45,193 nt of DNA from an uncultured Clostridium sp. (lineage in GTDB: Bacteria > Bacillota > Clostridia > TANB77 > CAG-465), in assembly GCA_964481385.1 (NCBI GenBank), contig CAYZTN010000003.1:1-45193 (forward strand), in the 5' to 3' direction. The position numbers and the translations under genes were made by a program. This document shows, piece by piece, positions 43,358 through 45,193 of the stretch; positions within the stretch are counted from its first letter, which is position 1; the number at the start of each line of letters is the position of its first letter. The notes below the pieces were generated by a model, which saw only the letters and a list, made by a program, of their open reading frames with translations, was not told where the DNA came from and did no database searches.

Positions 43358-44713
43358 ATGAAGAATATATGTGTAAAAGGATATATAAATTATGAAGGTG
43401 AAGGTTATACTTTTAGTTATGAAGATAAAAAACTCACCATAATAAATAAAGAAAATAAGCAGTCATTTTTTAGTGAATATAAATATGTAGATTCCTTTAA
43501 AGGTTTTACTGTGGATGGGTTTGATATTATTTTTTTTATTAATAATCACATTTATTATAAAGATGGTTGTTATATATGTTCGCCACGCTGTATTATTTTT
43601 TCGAGAAATAATGAATGTAGATTAGACAAAATAAAATTTGATGCATTAAGAATTTCAGGAGGTACAATAAATAGATTCTATAGTAACAGAAATATGATAG
43701 GTTTTGCCCCAGAAGAAAAAGAATGCTTTAAATTTAAAAATATAAAAGAAACTATATCAGAAGAAATTGTAAATTTAAATGGAGAAGATACTAAGTTTGA
43801 ATTGAGTATAATGGAGCCTGGATGGAAAGATGATGGAATAATAACATTTAACAATTATGATTCATTATTAAGAATAAAATATAGTTCGGGAAAAGATTAC
43901 AATTCTTCAATAAAAGATTTAAATAGTGTTGATAAATTTTTTAAATTTTGTGCAAATAGAGTGAATATTTCTTTTGATGAGATCTTCTTAGAAATTAAAA
44001 ATGAGAATGGTAAATATGATAAAGTTGCAGAAATAAATATTCCTTATATGATTGATAACGAAATTAATAAGAGCATGCTGGATTATATTGTATTCAACGG
44101 ACATTTAAATGATGTATTTGAGTTTTTAGATAATTCTGATTATATATTTAGTATTATTCCTGATAATAATAAATCATTTGGAACGATTTCAAATAAGGAT
44201 TATTGTGCCGGTTTCTCTTGTTTTGAATCAATTTATCAATATATTCACGGAAATGATGAAGAAGAGAAGAAAAACAAAGAAGAAATAATATTAAATGAGG
44301 TAAAAAAAGAAATATTACCGTTATTAGAAAATGTTGAACAAAAATATAAAGGAAATAATAAAATTAAAAGAGAGTTTGTGAAAAGATTTATAAATATTAT
44401 TTGTAAGGCCAATTTAAAATTGGAAAAATGCATTATCAACGAATTAGAAAATAATGATTTTATAATTGAAAGTGTTTATTATAAAAGAAGGAATGAAATA
44501 AAAGAAAATGGAATAAATGAATCAGTAATAAAAGCAGTTGAAGATAGGGATAATATTACACATAATAATACTGTGAAATTAGATAATATATCAATAGGAA
44601 TCTATGAGATAATTTTAAAATTAAACTTTGTAATGATTTTGGAATATATTGGTGTTACCAGAGATATTTATGAAGAAAAAATAAGTCAGTTAGGATTGTT
44701 GAACATAATTTAG
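43358..44713 (+). CDS. ApeA-like HEPN-domain protein (candidate anti-phage RNase)
   Basis: Beta-rich N-terminus, FSCFESIY helix, C-terminal RDNITH (Rx4H) at 44546-44563; very AT-rich; next to an integrase. Confidence 0.6.
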   Translation: MKNICVKGYINYEGEGYTFSYEDKKLTIINKENKQSFFSEYKYVDSFKGFTVDGFDIIFFINNHIYYKDGCYICSPRCIIFSRNNECRLDKIKFDALRISGGTINRFYSNRNMIGFAPEEKECFKFKNIKETISEEIVNLNGEDTKFELSIMEPGWKDDGIITFNNYDSLLRIKYSSGKDYNSSIKDLNSVDKFFKFCANRVNISFDEIFLEIKNENGKYDKVAEINIPYMIDNEINKSMLDYIVFNGHLNDVFEFLDNSDYIFSIIPDNNKSFGTISNKDYCAGFSCFESIYQYIHGNDEEEKKNKEEIILNEVKKEILPLLENVEQKYKGNNKIKREFVKRFINIICKANLKLEKCIINELENNDFIIESVYYKRRNEIKENGINESVIKAVEDRDNITHNNTVKLDNISIGIYEIILKLNFVMILEYIGVTRDIYEEKISQLGLLNII

Positions 44714-44786
44714 AATGTTGGTGAAAAACTAATATTCTTTTTTTATTATAAAATTATAATGATCAATTAGAAAGGAAGATGATAAA

Positions 44787-45193
44787 ATGATCAATATTAG
44801 AAAAAGAGGAGATGTATATCAATATTGTTTTGAAGCAGGAAAGGTAAATGGAAAAAGAAAACAAATAACTAAAAGTGGTTTTAAAACAAAAAATGAAGCA
44901 TATACAGCAGGGCAAAAAGCATACGATGAATTTGTTAATGGAATAACAAGTATAGAATGTAATATGTTATATGGAGATTATTTGGATTATTGGATGAAAG
45001 AATATTTTGAAATTAACTACAAATATTCAACAGCAAAGAGATATAAAGAATCTTTTAGAAATATAAAAAAAGAATTAGGTAATTATAAGCTATCAGTTTT
45101 AACACCTTATATTTTAAATCAAGCATTATTAAAGTTACATCAAACATCTAGTACAAGAGATGCATTAAGAAACTATCAAAAAGTTATTAAAAG
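44787..45193 (+). CDS. Tyrosine integrase, N-terminal part (runs off window; not in the supplied ORF track)
   Basis: Manual translation MINIRKRGDVYQYCFEAGKVNGKRKQITKSGFKTKNEA (arm-DNA-binding domain), then YLDYWMKEY...STAKRY...ELGNYKLSVLTP (SAM-like domain); AAAGGA RBS. Confidence 0.85.
   Translation, partial: MINIRKRGDVYQYCFEAGKVNGKRKQITKSGFKTKNEAYTAGQKAYDEFVNGITSIECNMLYGDYLDYWMKEYFEINYKYSTAKRYKESFRNIKKELGNYKLSVLTPYILNQALLKLHQTSSTRDALRNYQKVIK

Larger units (their letters stand above)
43195..45193. mobile_element. Left end of an integrative element / genomic island downstream of secA
   Basis: Drop in GC after secA, HEPN cargo gene, integrase; att site not identifiable within the window. Confidence 0.55.

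Overview
Low-GC chromosomal segment from a Bacillota (Clostridia-like, probably spore-forming) bacterium. It holds clpC, rmuC, two PD-(D/E)XK nuclease genes, a reduced dcw cluster (mraZ-rsmH-ftsL-spoVD/pbp-murE-mraY-ftsW-murG-[ATP-grasp]-divIB-DUF881-sbp), dpsA-uppP-folD, ung-queA-[orphan]-tgt-cls, a LytTR/membrane protein pair, tyrS, yqeG-prepilin peptidase-nfo, secA, and the left end of an AT-rich island (HEPN/ApeA-like gene plus tyrosine integrase). Main finding: clpC and secA are each broken by a +1 frameshift at the same 4-mer, an in-frame CGG followed by A (682-685 and 43149-43152). Skipping one base restores the conserved proteins (SecA CPC-G-SGRKYKQCC). My manual scan found no other in-frame CGG in any intact gene. 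This points to CGG acting as a frameshifting or 4-base (CGGA, probably Gly) codon in this lineage, but it rests on only two sites and sequencing error is not excluded. Other findings: two pilin-like proteins with C-type-lectin-like ends, one with a DGR-like variable region; three REPIN-like inverted repeat doublets; and a prepilin peptidase lacking its Zn/methylase cysteines.
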